Part shown: one piece after another, positions 18,124 to 26,427 of the stretch | How positions within the stretch are numbered: position 1 is the stretch's first letter | How the letters are laid out: every line of letters begins with the position of its first letter | Origin: Phycisphaera mikurensis NBRC 102666 | Lineage (GTDB): Bacteria; Planctomycetota; Phycisphaerae; Phycisphaerales; Phycisphaeraceae | Reading direction: 5' to 3' | Assembly (NCBI RefSeq): GCF_000284115.1 | Contig: NC_017080.1 | Span: 1,860,001-1,892,000 of the forward strand | DNA: 32,000 nt | The notes under the pieces: generated by a model | The model's database searches: none | What the model was told of the DNA's origin: nothing | Seen by the model: only the letters and a program-made list of their open reading frames with translations | Translations under genes and position numbers: made by a program

Positions 18124-19245
18124 GTGAGCCTGCCGCCGATCGCCGCGCCCCCGCCGCTGGGCCCCTGGACCGAGGGCCGCGACCGGCCGTCGGCGGTGCG
18201 CTGGCGCTCCCGCGTCCCGCTCCCGCTGCTCGCCGATCCGCACCGGTACCGGCCCTGCGCCCGCACGCTCCGCCGCGGCGGCCCGCTGCATGCCTCCTGG
18301 CGGGCGCTCTTCCGCCGGCACTTCCCCGTGCTGCTCGATCACGAGCGGGAGCGGGCGGAGGCCGCGGGCGAGGACCCCCATGCGAACCGCTCGAAGCGGG
18401 AACACGCCGCGTCGATCTTCCTCCCGCACCTCGACGCGGTCGGCGACACCGACGTGCTCCGCCTGTGCCTCGCCCGGGAGGACGCGCTCCAAGCCGCGGG
18501 CATCGCGGACGCCTTCGCTCTCGCCAAGGCCCGAGCCAACGACGGAGCCTTCGATCTGCTGCCCGGCGTGCTCGCCGAGCTCGACGCGCTCCCGCCGGAG
18601 CGACGCCTCGCCCAGGCGGTCACCAACGCCCTCGCCGGCAACGTCTACGACCTCGGCGCCGAGGCGACGATCGCGATGCACGACGCCGGCGACGCGGGCT
18701 TTGGCGCCGTCCGCGGGCGGCTGCGGCCGCGGCCCTGGTTCGTGGACGGTCTCGACGGCTTCGTCGGCGGCGGCCCGTGGCGGAAGGCGATCCTGCTCGT
18801 CGACAACGCCGGCCCCGACCTCGTGCTCGGGGTGATCCCGCTCGCCGGCGAGCTGCTGCGGGGCGGGGCGGAGGTGGTCCTGGCCGCGAACGCCCGCCCG
18901 AGCCTCAACGACGTGACGGCCGCGGAGCTGCCCGGGCTGCTGGAGCGGGCGGCGGCGGCGGATCCGCGGATCGCGGCCGCCCGGACGCAGAACCGGCTGC
19001 GGTCCGCGGATTCCGGCAACGACGCGCCGCTGATCGACCTCTCCGCCGTCTCGCCCGCCCTCGCCGCCGAGGCTTGCGACGCCGATCTGCTCGTGCTCGT
19101 GGGCATGGGCCGCGGCTTCGAGAGCAACCGCCTCGCCGGGTTCACCTGCGACGCCCTGAAAATCTGCATGCTCAAGGATCCGCTCGTCGCCGGGGAGGTC
19201 GGCGCGGAGGTGTTCGACCTGGTCGCCCGCTGGGAGCCGGCCTGA
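18124..19245 (+). CDS. DUF89-family protein (ARMT1/PANK4-like damage-control phosphatase fold)
   Basis: AILLVDNAGPDLVLGVIPLAGELLRGGAEVVLAANARPSLNDVTAAELP, GRGFESN, LKICMLKDPLVA. Start GTG 18124 is in the same frame as the 17782 ORF. Confidence 0.85.
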   Translation: MSLPPIAAPPPLGPWTEGRDRPSAVRWRSRVPLPLLADPHRYRPCARTLRRGGPLHASWRALFRRHFPVLLDHERERAEAAGEDPHANRSKREHAASIFLPHLDAVGDTDVLRLCLAREDALQAAGIADAFALAKARANDGAFDLLPGVLAELDALPPERRLAQAVTNALAGNVYDLGAEATIAMHDAGDAGFGAVRGRLRPRPWFVDGLDGFVGGGPWRKAILLVDNAGPDLVLGVIPLAGELLRGGAEVVLAANARPSLNDVTAAELPGLLERAAAADPRIAAARTQNRLRSADSGNDAPLIDLSAVSPALAAEACDADLLVLVGMGRGFESNRLAGFTCDALKICMLKDPLVAGEVGAEVFDLVARWEPA

Positions 19246-19258
19246 GCCCGGCGGCGGC

Positions 19259-19274
19259 CGCGGCCCCGGCCGCG
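19259..19274. terminator. GC-rich stem-loop between convergent genes (candidate bidirectional terminator)
   Basis: CGCGGCC-CC-GGCCGCG, lying between the DUF89 gene stop (19245) and the purB stop (19275). No U-tract. Confidence 0.35.
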
Positions 19275-20714
19275 TCACACGCGCAGCTCGGCGGCGGCGT
19301 CGAGCCGGCCGGCGTAGCGCGAGCGGATCGGCTCGACCACGCCCGCGAGGAAGGCGTCGACCTGCTCGGGGGCACGGCCGACGTAGGCGGAGGGCTCGAG
19401 CACGGCCTCGAGGTCGAGCCCGGCGAAGGCCGGCTCGCCGCGGAGGCGTTCCAGCAGGTCGTTGTCGGCCGCCTCGCTCTTGACCCGCAGGGCCGCGGCC
19501 TGGCTGTGCACGCGGATCACCTCGTGCAGCGCCTGCCGGTCCCCGCCGGCTCTGACCGCGGCCATCAGCAGGTTTTCGGTGGCCATGAACGGCAGCTCGG
19601 CCGCGAGGTTGCGCCGGATCGTCTCGGGGTAGACGACCAGGCCGTCGGCGACGGAGACGAGCAGGTCGAGCACGCCGTCGAGCGCGAGGAAGGGCTCGGG
19701 CAGCGTGAGCCGGCGGCAGGAGGAGTCGTCGAGCGTCCGCTCCATCCACTGCTCGCTGGCGGTGACGTAGGGCGTCTGCACCATCCCGACAACGAAGCGG
19801 GCCAGGCCGCAGATGCGCTCGCACCGCATCGGGTTCCGCTTGTAGGCCATCGCCGACGAGCCGATCTGGCTCTTGCCGAAGGGCTCCTCGATCTCCTTGC
19901 GGTTCGCGAGCAGGCGGACGTCGGTGGCGAGCTTGGCCGCCGCCGCCGCGGCGGCGCCCAGGGCCGCGCCCACGAGCGCGTCCAGCAGCCGCGGGTAGGT
20001 CTGCCCGGTGACCGGGAAGCGCTTCGCCGGGTCGAAGCCCATCTTCTCGGTGACGAGCTCGTCGAGCCGCTCGACCTTGGCGTGGTCGCCGTCGAAGAGC
20101 GCCAGGAAGCTCGCCTGCGTGCCGGTCGTGCCCTTCACGCCGCGGAACTTCAAGCCGCCGAGCCGGTGCTCCACCTCCTCCAGGGCCATGGCGAGGTCCT
20201 GGATCCACAGCGTGCAGCGCTTGCCCACGGTCGTCGGCTGGGCCGGCTGGTAGTGCGTGAAGCCCAGCGTCGGCAGCGCCCGGTGCGCCTCCGCGAAGCG
20301 GCCGAGGCGGTCGATCGCGGCGGCGAGCTTCTCGGCGACCAGCGTGAGCGCGTCGCGGATCAGCAGCAGCTCGGCGTTGCACACGACGAACTGCGAGGTG
20401 GCCCCCAGGTGGAGGATCGGGCCGGCGGCGGGGGCGACCTCCGCGTAGGCGTGCACGTGGGCCATCACGTCGTGCCGCAGCCGCTTCTCGTGGGCGGCGG
20501 CGGAGGCGAGATCGATGTTGTCGAGGTTGTCGCGGAGCTCGGCGAGCTGGGCTTCGCTCACGTCGAGCCCGAGCTCGCGCTGGGCCTCGGCCAGGGCGAG
20601 CCACAGCTTGCGCCAGGTGGTGAACTTGGCGGCGGGCGACCAGATGCGGCTCATGGCCGGCGAGGCGTTGCGGGTGGCGAGCGGGGAGGCGTAGGCCTCG
20701 GGGAGGTCGGGCAA
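19275..20714 (-). CDS. purB: Adenylosuccinate lyase
   Basis: YASPLATRNASPAMSRIWSPAAKFTTWRKLW, LGATSQFVVCNAE, HYQPAQPTTVGKR, KGTTGTQASF, GKSQIGSSAMAYKRNPMRCERICGLAR (lyase signature). TTG 20714 is a plausible start; the 1079-aa ORF is over-extended upstream. Confidence 0.95.
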   Translation of the reverse strand: MPDLPEAYASPLATRNASPAMSRIWSPAAKFTTWRKLWLALAEAQRELGLDVSEAQLAELRDNLDNIDLASAAAHEKRLRHDVMAHVHAYAEVAPAAGPILHLGATSQFVVCNAELLLIRDALTLVAEKLAAAIDRLGRFAEAHRALPTLGFTHYQPAQPTTVGKRCTLWIQDLAMALEEVEHRLGGLKFRGVKGTTGTQASFLALFDGDHAKVERLDELVTEKMGFDPAKRFPVTGQTYPRLLDALVGAALGAAAAAAAKLATDVRLLANRKEIEEPFGKSQIGSSAMAYKRNPMRCERICGLARFVVGMVQTPYVTASEQWMERTLDDSSCRRLTLPEPFLALDGVLDLLVSVADGLVVYPETIRRNLAAELPFMATENLLMAAVRAGGDRQALHEVIRVHSQAAALRVKSEAADNDLLERLRGEPAFAGLDLEAVLEPSAYVGRAPEQVDAFLAGVVEPIRSRYAGRLDAAAELRV

Positions 20715-20840
20715 GGGTGGGGCTCGCGGCGGAGGGGGGCGGGGGGCGGGGGGTCGGGTGTGGCGGTTCGGGATCCGCCCGGCCGAATGTAAAGTCGCGG
20801 CCGGGACGCGCGGCCACGCGGCCGCCGATCCGCCACGCCG

Positions 20841-21437
20841 ATGCCCGCCGCCTCCCCCTCCACCGCGCTCGCCGAAGCGGACCCCGACGCCGGGCTCGCC
20901 TCCCGCGCTGCCGGCGGCGACGCCGAGGCGGTGGCCACGCTGCTGCAGAAGCACCAGAGGCGCATCTACAACCTCGCCTTCCGCTCGCTGAACCACGCCG
21001 AGGACGCCGCCGACGCCACGCAGGAGGCACTCCTGAAGATCAGCCGCGGCATCGCCGGCTTCCGCGGGCACAGCCGCGTGTCGACCTGGGTGACGCGGAT
21101 CGCCCTCAACGAGGCCTGCACCGTCGGCCGCGGCCGGGCCCGGCGGGCGGGGACCGCGGCGGAGCCGCCCGAGGCGGCCGACCGCCGCGAGCAGCACCGC
21201 GAGCCGGCGCCCGAGCGGCGGCTGGAGGCGGAGGAGGCCGCGGACACGCTCGCCGCGGCCCTCGCTGCGGTGCCCGAGCAGTTCCGGGTGGCGCTGATCC
21301 TCCGGGACGTCGACAAGCTCGGCTACGAAGCCATCGCCGAGGTGCTCGACGTGCCGATCGGGACGGTCCGCAGCCGCATCTTCCGCGGGCGGCTCGCGCT
21401 GCGGGAGATCCTGCTCGCCGGAGACGACGCGCCATGA
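20841..21437 (+). CDS. ECF-type RNA polymerase sigma factor
   Basis: Region 2: RRIYNLAFRSLNHAEDAADATQEALLKISRGIAGFRGHSRVSTWVTRIALNEAC. Region 4: LAAVPEQFRVALILRDVDKLGYEAIAEVLDVPIGTVRSRIFRGRLALREIL. Confidence 0.93.
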   Translation: MPAASPSTALAEADPDAGLASRAAGGDAEAVATLLQKHQRRIYNLAFRSLNHAEDAADATQEALLKISRGIAGFRGHSRVSTWVTRIALNEACTVGRGRARRAGTAAEPPEAADRREQHREPAPERRLEAEEAADTLAAALAAVPEQFRVALILRDVDKLGYEAIAEVLDVPIGTVRSRIFRGRLALREILLAGDDAP

Positions 21438-22408
21438 GCGAGCACCTCCCCGGACGCAACGGGCACCTCCCGGTCGACGACGACCCCGCCCGCTACGACA
21501 CGCAGCTCCTGCACGCGGCGGTGGAGGGCGAGCTGGAGGGCGAAGCGGCCCGCGCCTTCGAAACCCGCCTCGCGGGCGACCCGCAGCTCGCGCGGCTCGT
21601 CGGCGAGCTGCGGGAACAGCGGGCGGCCTTGCGGGCTCTGCCCGAGGTCCAGCCCCCGGACGGCCGCGGCCGCGTGACCCCGGCGCGGCTGGAGCGGGCG
21701 GTGCTGCTGGGCGAGCCGGTGGACCCGGGGCCGTCGCCGCGGGCACGCCGCGCCGCCGGCGCGTCCGGTGCCCGACGCTTCCGCGCGGGCTGGCTCGCCG
21801 CGGCCGCCGCCCTGGCGATCGCGGCGGTCGGCGGGGCCCTGCTCTCGGGCGTCCGAGACGACCAGCCGACCCTCGCGGACTTCGCCGAGCGGATCCGCGT
21901 GCCGGCTTCCGACGCGCCGGCGGAAGAGACGGCGGCGCTGGCCCGGGCCGACGACGGCGGCGACGGAGCCCCGGCGGCCGCGCCCGCCTCCGCGGTCGCT
22001 TCCGCGCTGGCCGCGGCCGCGGGTGCCACCGGGAACGCCGACGCCGACGCCGAAGCCGCCACCGCCACCGCCACCGCCACCGCCACCGCCACCGCCACCG
22101 CGGACCCCGCCGCGGGCATGACCGCCGCCGCCGCCGCCGCCGCGGAGCCGAACGCCGCTTCCGCCGCCGCGGAGCCCGCGCGGGCCCGCGTCTCCACCCG
22201 CGAGCTCGGCCGGGCCGAGCCGGTCGGGCTCGACGCCTTCCTGCTGCCCGAGCGCGGCGCCGGCCTCGCGCCCGCCGGGGGACCGCCGGCGGGCCGCGAC
22301 ATCCAAGCCGGCCTGCTCGACGACCTCGCCCGCGGCGAGCGCGCGCAGGTGCCCGTCTGGGCCCGCTCGAGCACGTACTTCCGCATCCCGCGGACCGCGA
22401 GCGATTGA
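21434..22408 (+). CDS. Candidate membrane-anchored anti-sigma factor with a low-complexity extracytoplasmic linker
   Basis: ATG 21434 overlaps the sigma gene stop (ATGA). N-terminal LLHAAVEGELEGEAARAFETRLAGDPQLARLVGELREQRAALRALP, a single TM (FRAGWLAAAAALAIAAVGGALL), then an Ala/Thr repeat linker. Confidence 0.78.
   Translation: MSEHLPGRNGHLPVDDDPARYDTQLLHAAVEGELEGEAARAFETRLAGDPQLARLVGELREQRAALRALPEVQPPDGRGRVTPARLERAVLLGEPVDPGPSPRARRAAGASGARRFRAGWLAAAAALAIAAVGGALLSGVRDDQPTLADFAERIRVPASDAPAEETAALARADDGGDGAPAAAPASAVASALAAAAGATGNADADAEAATATATATATATATADPAAGMTAAAAAAAEPNAASAAAEPARARVSTRELGRAEPVGLDAFLLPERGAGLAPAGGPPAGRDIQAGLLDDLARGERAQVPVWARSSTYFRIPRTASD
22055..22101 (+). repeat. In-frame GCCACC hexanucleotide tandem repeat (about 8 copies) encoding (Ala-Thr)n
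   Basis: gccgccaccgccaccgccaccgccaccgccaccgccaccgccaccgcg, read directly; encodes ATATATATATATATA. Confidence 0.9.
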
Positions 22409-22409
22409 G

Positions 22410-22437
22410 GCCGGCGGACCCGGCGGTCCGCGCCGGC
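22410..22437. terminator. Stem-loop between convergent genes (candidate terminator)
   Basis: GCCGGC-GGACC / GGTCC-gc-GCCGGC with a small bulge, placed 2 nt after the anti-sigma stop and before the convergent pseudopilin stop. Confidence 0.4.
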
Positions 22438-22479
22438 ATCGGTGTTCGGGGCTCTTGGATGCCGCCGCCGCTGGGCGTC

Positions 22480-23010
22480 TCACGGCGGCGTCGGCGCGTC
22501 CGGCGGCAGCACAAACCGCAGCTCGCTGGCGCTGTGCCCGTCCGCGTACAGCACGTTGACCCGGTCGGGCGCGTGGGGGTGGAAGCCCTCCTTGTCGCTG
22601 AGCACCGGGATGCGGCCGGCGTCGGCCCCGCCGATCAGCGAGAAGGCGCTCTCCACGCGCTGCCCGTTGAGCGTGAAGTTCCAGAAGTAGCTCGTGCCCG
22701 TCGCCGCCCAGATCTCCTCCTCGTCGGCCGGGCACGCGTGCAACGCGGGCGCCTCGTCGAAGAGCGTGTCGATCGCCGGCCCCGGCTGCGTCGTCGCGCC
22801 ACGGTTGAAGAGCGTCGGCAGCAGCCCGTCGCTGTTCACGAGGTACCCGTTCAGCGCGATCCCCAGCTGCCGCGTGTTGGACAGGCAGGCGACGCCCTCG
22901 GCCACGTCCCGGGCCCGCTGCAGCGCCGGCAGCAGGAGCCCGACCAGCAGCGCGACGACGGCGAGGACGACCAGCAGCTCCGCGAGCGTGAAGCCACGGC
23001 GCCGCCTCAA
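22480..23010 (-). CDS. Prepilin-type N-terminal cleavage/methylation pseudopilin
   Basis: [57 protein letters not shown] and C-terminal [17 protein letters not shown]. The TTG start at 23010 overlaps the upstream gene stop (TTGA). Confidence 0.87.
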   Translation of the reverse strand: MRRRRGFTLAELLVVLAVVALLVGLLLPALQRARDVAEGVACLSNTRQLGIALNGYLVNSDGLLPTLFNRGATTQPGPAIDTLFDEAPALHACPADEEEIWAATGTSYFWNFTLNGQRVESAFSLIGGADAGRIPVLSDKEGFHPHAPDRVNVLYADGHSASELRFVLPPDAPTPP

Positions 23011-23579
23011 CGCAGCCCCTGCATGACGCCCTGCATCCGGTGCACGAGCGGCTGGAGGTCGAGCTTGGTCTCGGCGCTCGCGTCCGACAGGAAGCTCTTC
23101 ATGCCCTCGTCGACCACCCGCTGGAGCTGGCCCTCGTCGAGGCCCTCCGGCGGCTTGCCTCCCGCTCTGGCCATCTCCTCGTCCATCCGCGCCGTCGCCT
23201 CGCCGACGATCCGGCGACGCTCCGCGCCCTCCATCGCGTTGAAGGCGAGCATCAGCTCCTCGAAGCCGCGTGGGAGCGTGAGGTCGAGGTAGAGCGACCG
23301 CTCCTCGGGCGTCATGGCCTCGAATTCGCCCCGCAACGCCTCGCCCAGCTCCGGGTCCATGCGGGCCGCGCCCGGCAGGCGATTCACCGCGTCGGCCAGG
23401 CCGCGCAGGTTCGCGTCGCGATCGGCGGCGTCCTCCAGCGGGTCCGCCCCGATCTGCGCGAGGATCGTCTGGGGCGTCGTCTCCCACCCCGTGGAGAGCC
23501 AGCCGAAGAGGGCGACGCCGAGCCAGAGCACGGCGAGGCCGGTGGCGGTGGTCAGCCAGACGCGGGCGGAGCGGTTCAC
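23007..23579 (-). CDS. Hypothetical membrane-anchored protein, coupled to the pseudopilin
   Basis: [30 protein letters not shown] helix followed by an acidic helical domain. Start GTG 23579 is approximate. Confidence 0.65.
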   Translation of the reverse strand: MNRSARVWLTTATGLAVLWLGVALFGWLSTGWETTPQTILAQIGADPLEDAADRDANLRGLADAVNRLPGAARMDPELGEALRGEFEAMTPEERSLYLDLTLPRGFEELMLAFNAMEGAERRRIVGEATARMDEEMARAGGKPPEGLDEGQLQRVVDEGMKSFLSDASAETKLDLQPLVHRMQGVMQGLR

Positions 23580-23621
23580 GGAGGATCGTAGGAGACAGCG
23601 GTGCCGCGGCCCGCGCAGCAA

Positions 23622-23652
23622 AGCGGCCGCCGGCGATCCGCCGGCGGCCGCT
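23622..23652 (-). terminator. Candidate terminator of the PEP-CTERM gene
   Basis: Perfect 14-bp stem AGCGGCCGCCGGCG-atc-CGCCGGCGGCCGCT, 24 nt past the minus-strand PEP-CTERM stop codon; followed on the minus strand by a short T-run. Confidence 0.6.
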
Positions 23653-23675
23653 GAAGGATGCGGTCGATCGCGCGC

Positions 23676-24455
23676 TCAGGCGCGGCGGCGGCGGGCCAGC
23701 AGCGTCACGCCGCCGAGGGCCAGCACCGCGGCGGAGGCGGGCTCGGGGATGACGGAGGTGACCGAGAAGTTGTCGATCACCAGGCCCACCCCGGCGGAGC
23801 CATCGAAGCCGTCGACCGTGAAGCCGAAGAGGTTGCCCAGCGCGGGCGGGGTCGCGTCGGCGAAGGCCAGGGTCTCGGTCAGCCCGCCCGCGGTGACGGA
23901 GAAGGTGCCCGAGAGCGTGGGGGCCGCGGCGAGGCCCCCGACCGTGAACTCCGCGGCGTACTGAGCCCCGCCGGCGATGGAACCGAACGCGGCCGGGGCG
24001 GCCTCGGCGTCCGCCGTGTTGTCGCCGCCGATCTCGTTGAAGCGGAGGAAGGTGTCCAAGCCGCCGCCGAAGCCGCCGGCCTCCTCCACGGTGAGGGCGT
24101 AGAAGCTGTCGATCTGGTCCGTGCCGGCGGTGCCGAAGGCGACCAGGCCGATGTCCACCAGGTCGGTCAGTTCACCGGTCGGCGCGATGTCCGCCGACAC
24201 GCTGACGACGCTGCCGGGCGTGAGGTCGAGCCCGTTGACCGGGAGGACGACGTCCGTCACCCCCACGCCGGTGAGGTCCACGACGAGCTCACCGCCCGCC
24301 ACCGAGAGCCCGGCGGGCGCGTCCGCGGGATCGACGAAGAGCGTGAAGTCGGCCGTGTCGAAGCCGTCGAAGGTCTCCGTGTACGGGGCGTCGGCGGCGA
24401 GGGCGGGCGTCGCGACGAGGGCGAGGGCGGCGAGGGCGGTGGGGGCGTTCTTCAT
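23676..24455 (-). CDS. PEP-CTERM sorting-domain exported protein
   Basis: [37 protein letters not shown]...[28 protein letters not shown]. Beta-rich jelly-roll-like composition. Confidence 0.9.
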   Translation of the reverse strand: MKNAPTALAALALVATPALAADAPYTETFDGFDTADFTLFVDPADAPAGLSVAGGELVVDLTGVGVTDVVLPVNGLDLTPGSVVSVSADIAPTGELTDLVDIGLVAFGTAGTDQIDSFYALTVEEAGGFGGGLDTFLRFNEIGGDNTADAEAAPAAFGSIAGGAQYAAEFTVGGLAAAPTLSGTFSVTAGGLTETLAFADATPPALGNLFGFTVDGFDGSAGVGLVIDNFSVTSVIPEPASAAVLALGGVTLLARRRRA

Positions 24456-24497
24456 TCTCGGTCTCCTGAGGAGGGGCGTGCGTGACGTACGGAAACG

Positions 24498-24523
24498 ACC
24501 GGCTCCGCGTGTGCGGAGCCGGT
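24498..24523 (-). promoter_or_regulatory. Stem-loop in the 5' leader region of the PEP-CTERM gene
   Basis: Perfect 11-bp stem ACCGGCTCCGC-gtgt-GCGGAGCCGGT, 43 nt upstream of the ATG. Confidence 0.45.
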
Positions 24524-24949
24524 GGAAGAGGCGAGGCTCCCGCGGCGAGGCGGGCTCCACGCCCGGATCTGGGCGGGTGAAGTCAATCGCCGGGGCCACG
24601 GCAGGGCACCGGTTCTTGTGGGAGACCCGGCGCGGACACCGAGCACACGTGAAGATACCGGGTCGGGTCCCGATGTCAACCCTTTCGCAGGCAGCCGGTC
24701 GAAAATTTGCACGGTTCGTGCGCGGTGGCTTGCCGCCACCGGCGTCACCCGCTAGGTTCTCCCGGCGTGCTCCGCCAGAGCCCGCGAATCTCAAGAAGGC
24801 TGCGCTGCCCCCGCCGGGCCGCGGCCCGAGCAAGTCTCCGCCTACCGGGTCCCCGCACGACGGTGCGGGTGATCTCGCGGGCTCTTTACGATCCGTCCGG
24901 CGCGGCACCTTCCCCCTGAGGTGATCGCGCCCCGCCGCGGAAGCCGCCG

Positions 24950-26305
24950 ATGATCCCCGAGCCTCCCCCGCCCGCTCCCGCCTCCGGCGCCGAGAAGAAC
25001 CGCGCCGCCACGCGAGACTTCCGGCAGGAGAAGGCGGTCCCGCTCTCCCGACGCCGACGCATGCGCTACCACCCGCCCACCCGCTGGCTCAAGCAGGCCC
25101 TCGAGCTGCTCCGCCTGCCGACCGTCTCCTTCCACGAGCAGAACGTGATGCTGTGGGTGTGGCGGTACGCCCACAACCGGGGCATGCCGGTGAGCGTCGA
25201 CGCCGTCGGCAACCTGCGGGTGGACTACGTGCCGGAGGACGCGGACGACGACGCCCGGCCGATCGTGTTCACGGCGCACACCGACCACGTCGGGCTCTGG
25301 GCGGTGGAGATGCAGAACGGCGTCGCCGCCGACGACGGCCGCGCCGTGCTGCGGGCGCACTGGATGGGCCGCTTCCCCTCGGAGCTGATGGTCGGCCAGG
25401 ACGTGCTCTTCTGGACCGGCGGCAAGCCGCTGGGCGAGGTCGAGCCGGAGCTGGTGCCCTCAGGAGCCCGAGGCATGGCCGATCTGAAGGTCGGCGGGCG
25501 GAAGGTCCGCGGGACCATCCAGCGGATCCTCGGCTTCAACGAGGAGGGCGACGTCACCGGCGTCGACGTCGCGGTGGACGAAGCCGTCGAGCCCGGGTCG
25601 GTGGGCATGTGGGACCTGCCCGACCCCGAGCAGGCGGACGGGAAGCTCTTCGCCCGCGCCATCGACGACGTCGCCGGGGTCGCGGCGCTGGTCGCCCTGC
25701 TCGACGACCTCCGCCGCGACGGCGCGGCCCGGCCGGTGAGCTGCTTGTTCACGCGGGCCGAGGAGGGCGGCTTCTTCGGGGCGATCCACCACTGCAAGCA
25801 GCGCTACGCCGACGCGACCGAAGACGAGGCCGAGATCCTCATCACGATCGAGGCCAGCAAGCAGCTCGCCGACGCCCCCGTCGGCGGCGGCCCGATCGTC
25901 CGCGTCGGCGACAAGCACGCCGTCTTCCACCCCGAGCTCACCGCCTGGGCCGCCGCCTGCGCTGAGCGGCTCGAGGCCGAGCACGAGGACTTCCAGTACC
26001 GCCGCCGCCTGATGGACGGCGGCACCTGCGAAAGCAGCGTCTTCCAGGCGTGGACGGGGAAAGCTGGAGCGCTCTGCGTCGCCCTGGGCAACTACCACAA
26101 CCACGACGCCGCGAACAACGGCGTGGCCTCGGAGTTCATCGACGTCGCCGACTTCGGCAACCTGATCCGCCTGATGCGGGCGATGGTCGACGAGCCGACC
26201 GGCGCCGAAGCCGCCGGCGGCTTCGGCGCCTTCCGCGGCTGGTGCGAGGAGTGGGAAGCCAAGCACGCTCACCTGTATTCCGAACCGGCGGGAGTGGCCC
26301 CGTAG
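24950..26305 (+). CDS. M42/M20-like zinc aminopeptidase family protein
   Basis: LLRLPTVSFHEQNV, GNLRVDYV, IVFTAHTDHVG, GKLFARAIDDVAGVAALVALLDDL, FTRAEEGGFFGA, GGTCESSVFQAWTGKAGALCVALGNYHNH. The stop TAG lies inside the inverted repeat. Confidence 0.85.
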   Translation: MIPEPPPPAPASGAEKNRAATRDFRQEKAVPLSRRRRMRYHPPTRWLKQALELLRLPTVSFHEQNVMLWVWRYAHNRGMPVSVDAVGNLRVDYVPEDADDDARPIVFTAHTDHVGLWAVEMQNGVAADDGRAVLRAHWMGRFPSELMVGQDVLFWTGGKPLGEVEPELVPSGARGMADLKVGGRKVRGTIQRILGFNEEGDVTGVDVAVDEAVEPGSVGMWDLPDPEQADGKLFARAIDDVAGVAALVALLDDLRRDGAARPVSCLFTRAEEGGFFGAIHHCKQRYADATEDEAEILITIEASKQLADAPVGGGPIVRVGDKHAVFHPELTAWAAACAERLEAEHEDFQYRRRLMDGGTCESSVFQAWTGKAGALCVALGNYHNHDAANNGVASEFIDVADFGNLIRLMRAMVDEPTGAEAAGGFGAFRGWCEEWEAKHAHLYSEPAGVAP

Positions 26306-26416
26306 GGCAGGTCGGCGACCTGCCATGGAGGCCGAAGGCCTCCAGCGTCGAGCACCCGATTGAACAAGCATCGCTGCCGCCTGCGGCGGCATGGCAGGTC
26401 GCCGACCTGCCCTACG
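26301..26416. repeat. Structured intergenic element with exact 27-bp inverted terminal arms and internal hairpins
   Basis: Left arm CGTAGGGCAGGTCGGCGACCTGCCATG (26301-26327) is the exact reverse complement of the right arm (26390-26416). Each arm is a near-palindrome (GCAGGTCG-G/C-CGACCTGC). Internal hairpins: GGAGGCC-GAA-GGCCTCC and TGCCGCC-TGC-GGCGGCA. Confidence 0.93.
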
Positions 26417-26427
26417 AGGACATCGCC

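Noticed and set aside
15964-21030. 1688-aa minus-strand ORF
   Set aside because: It runs antisense to the OmpA, hisH and DUF89 genes and through purB out of frame. Only the C-terminal approximately 211 aa (15964-16599) look like a real protein.
26301-26416. Terminal inverted repeats of a transposon
   Set aside because: The arms enclose only 62 nt with no transposase and no evident target-site duplication. A REP/MITE-like palindromic element remains possible, but a coding transposon does not.
26050-26427. 5' extension of the cyanophycinase ORF through the M42-like gene and the inverted repeat
   Set aside because: Overlaps coding sequence of the M42-like peptidase in a different frame. ATG 26428 has a ribosome-binding site and begins a canonical signal peptide.
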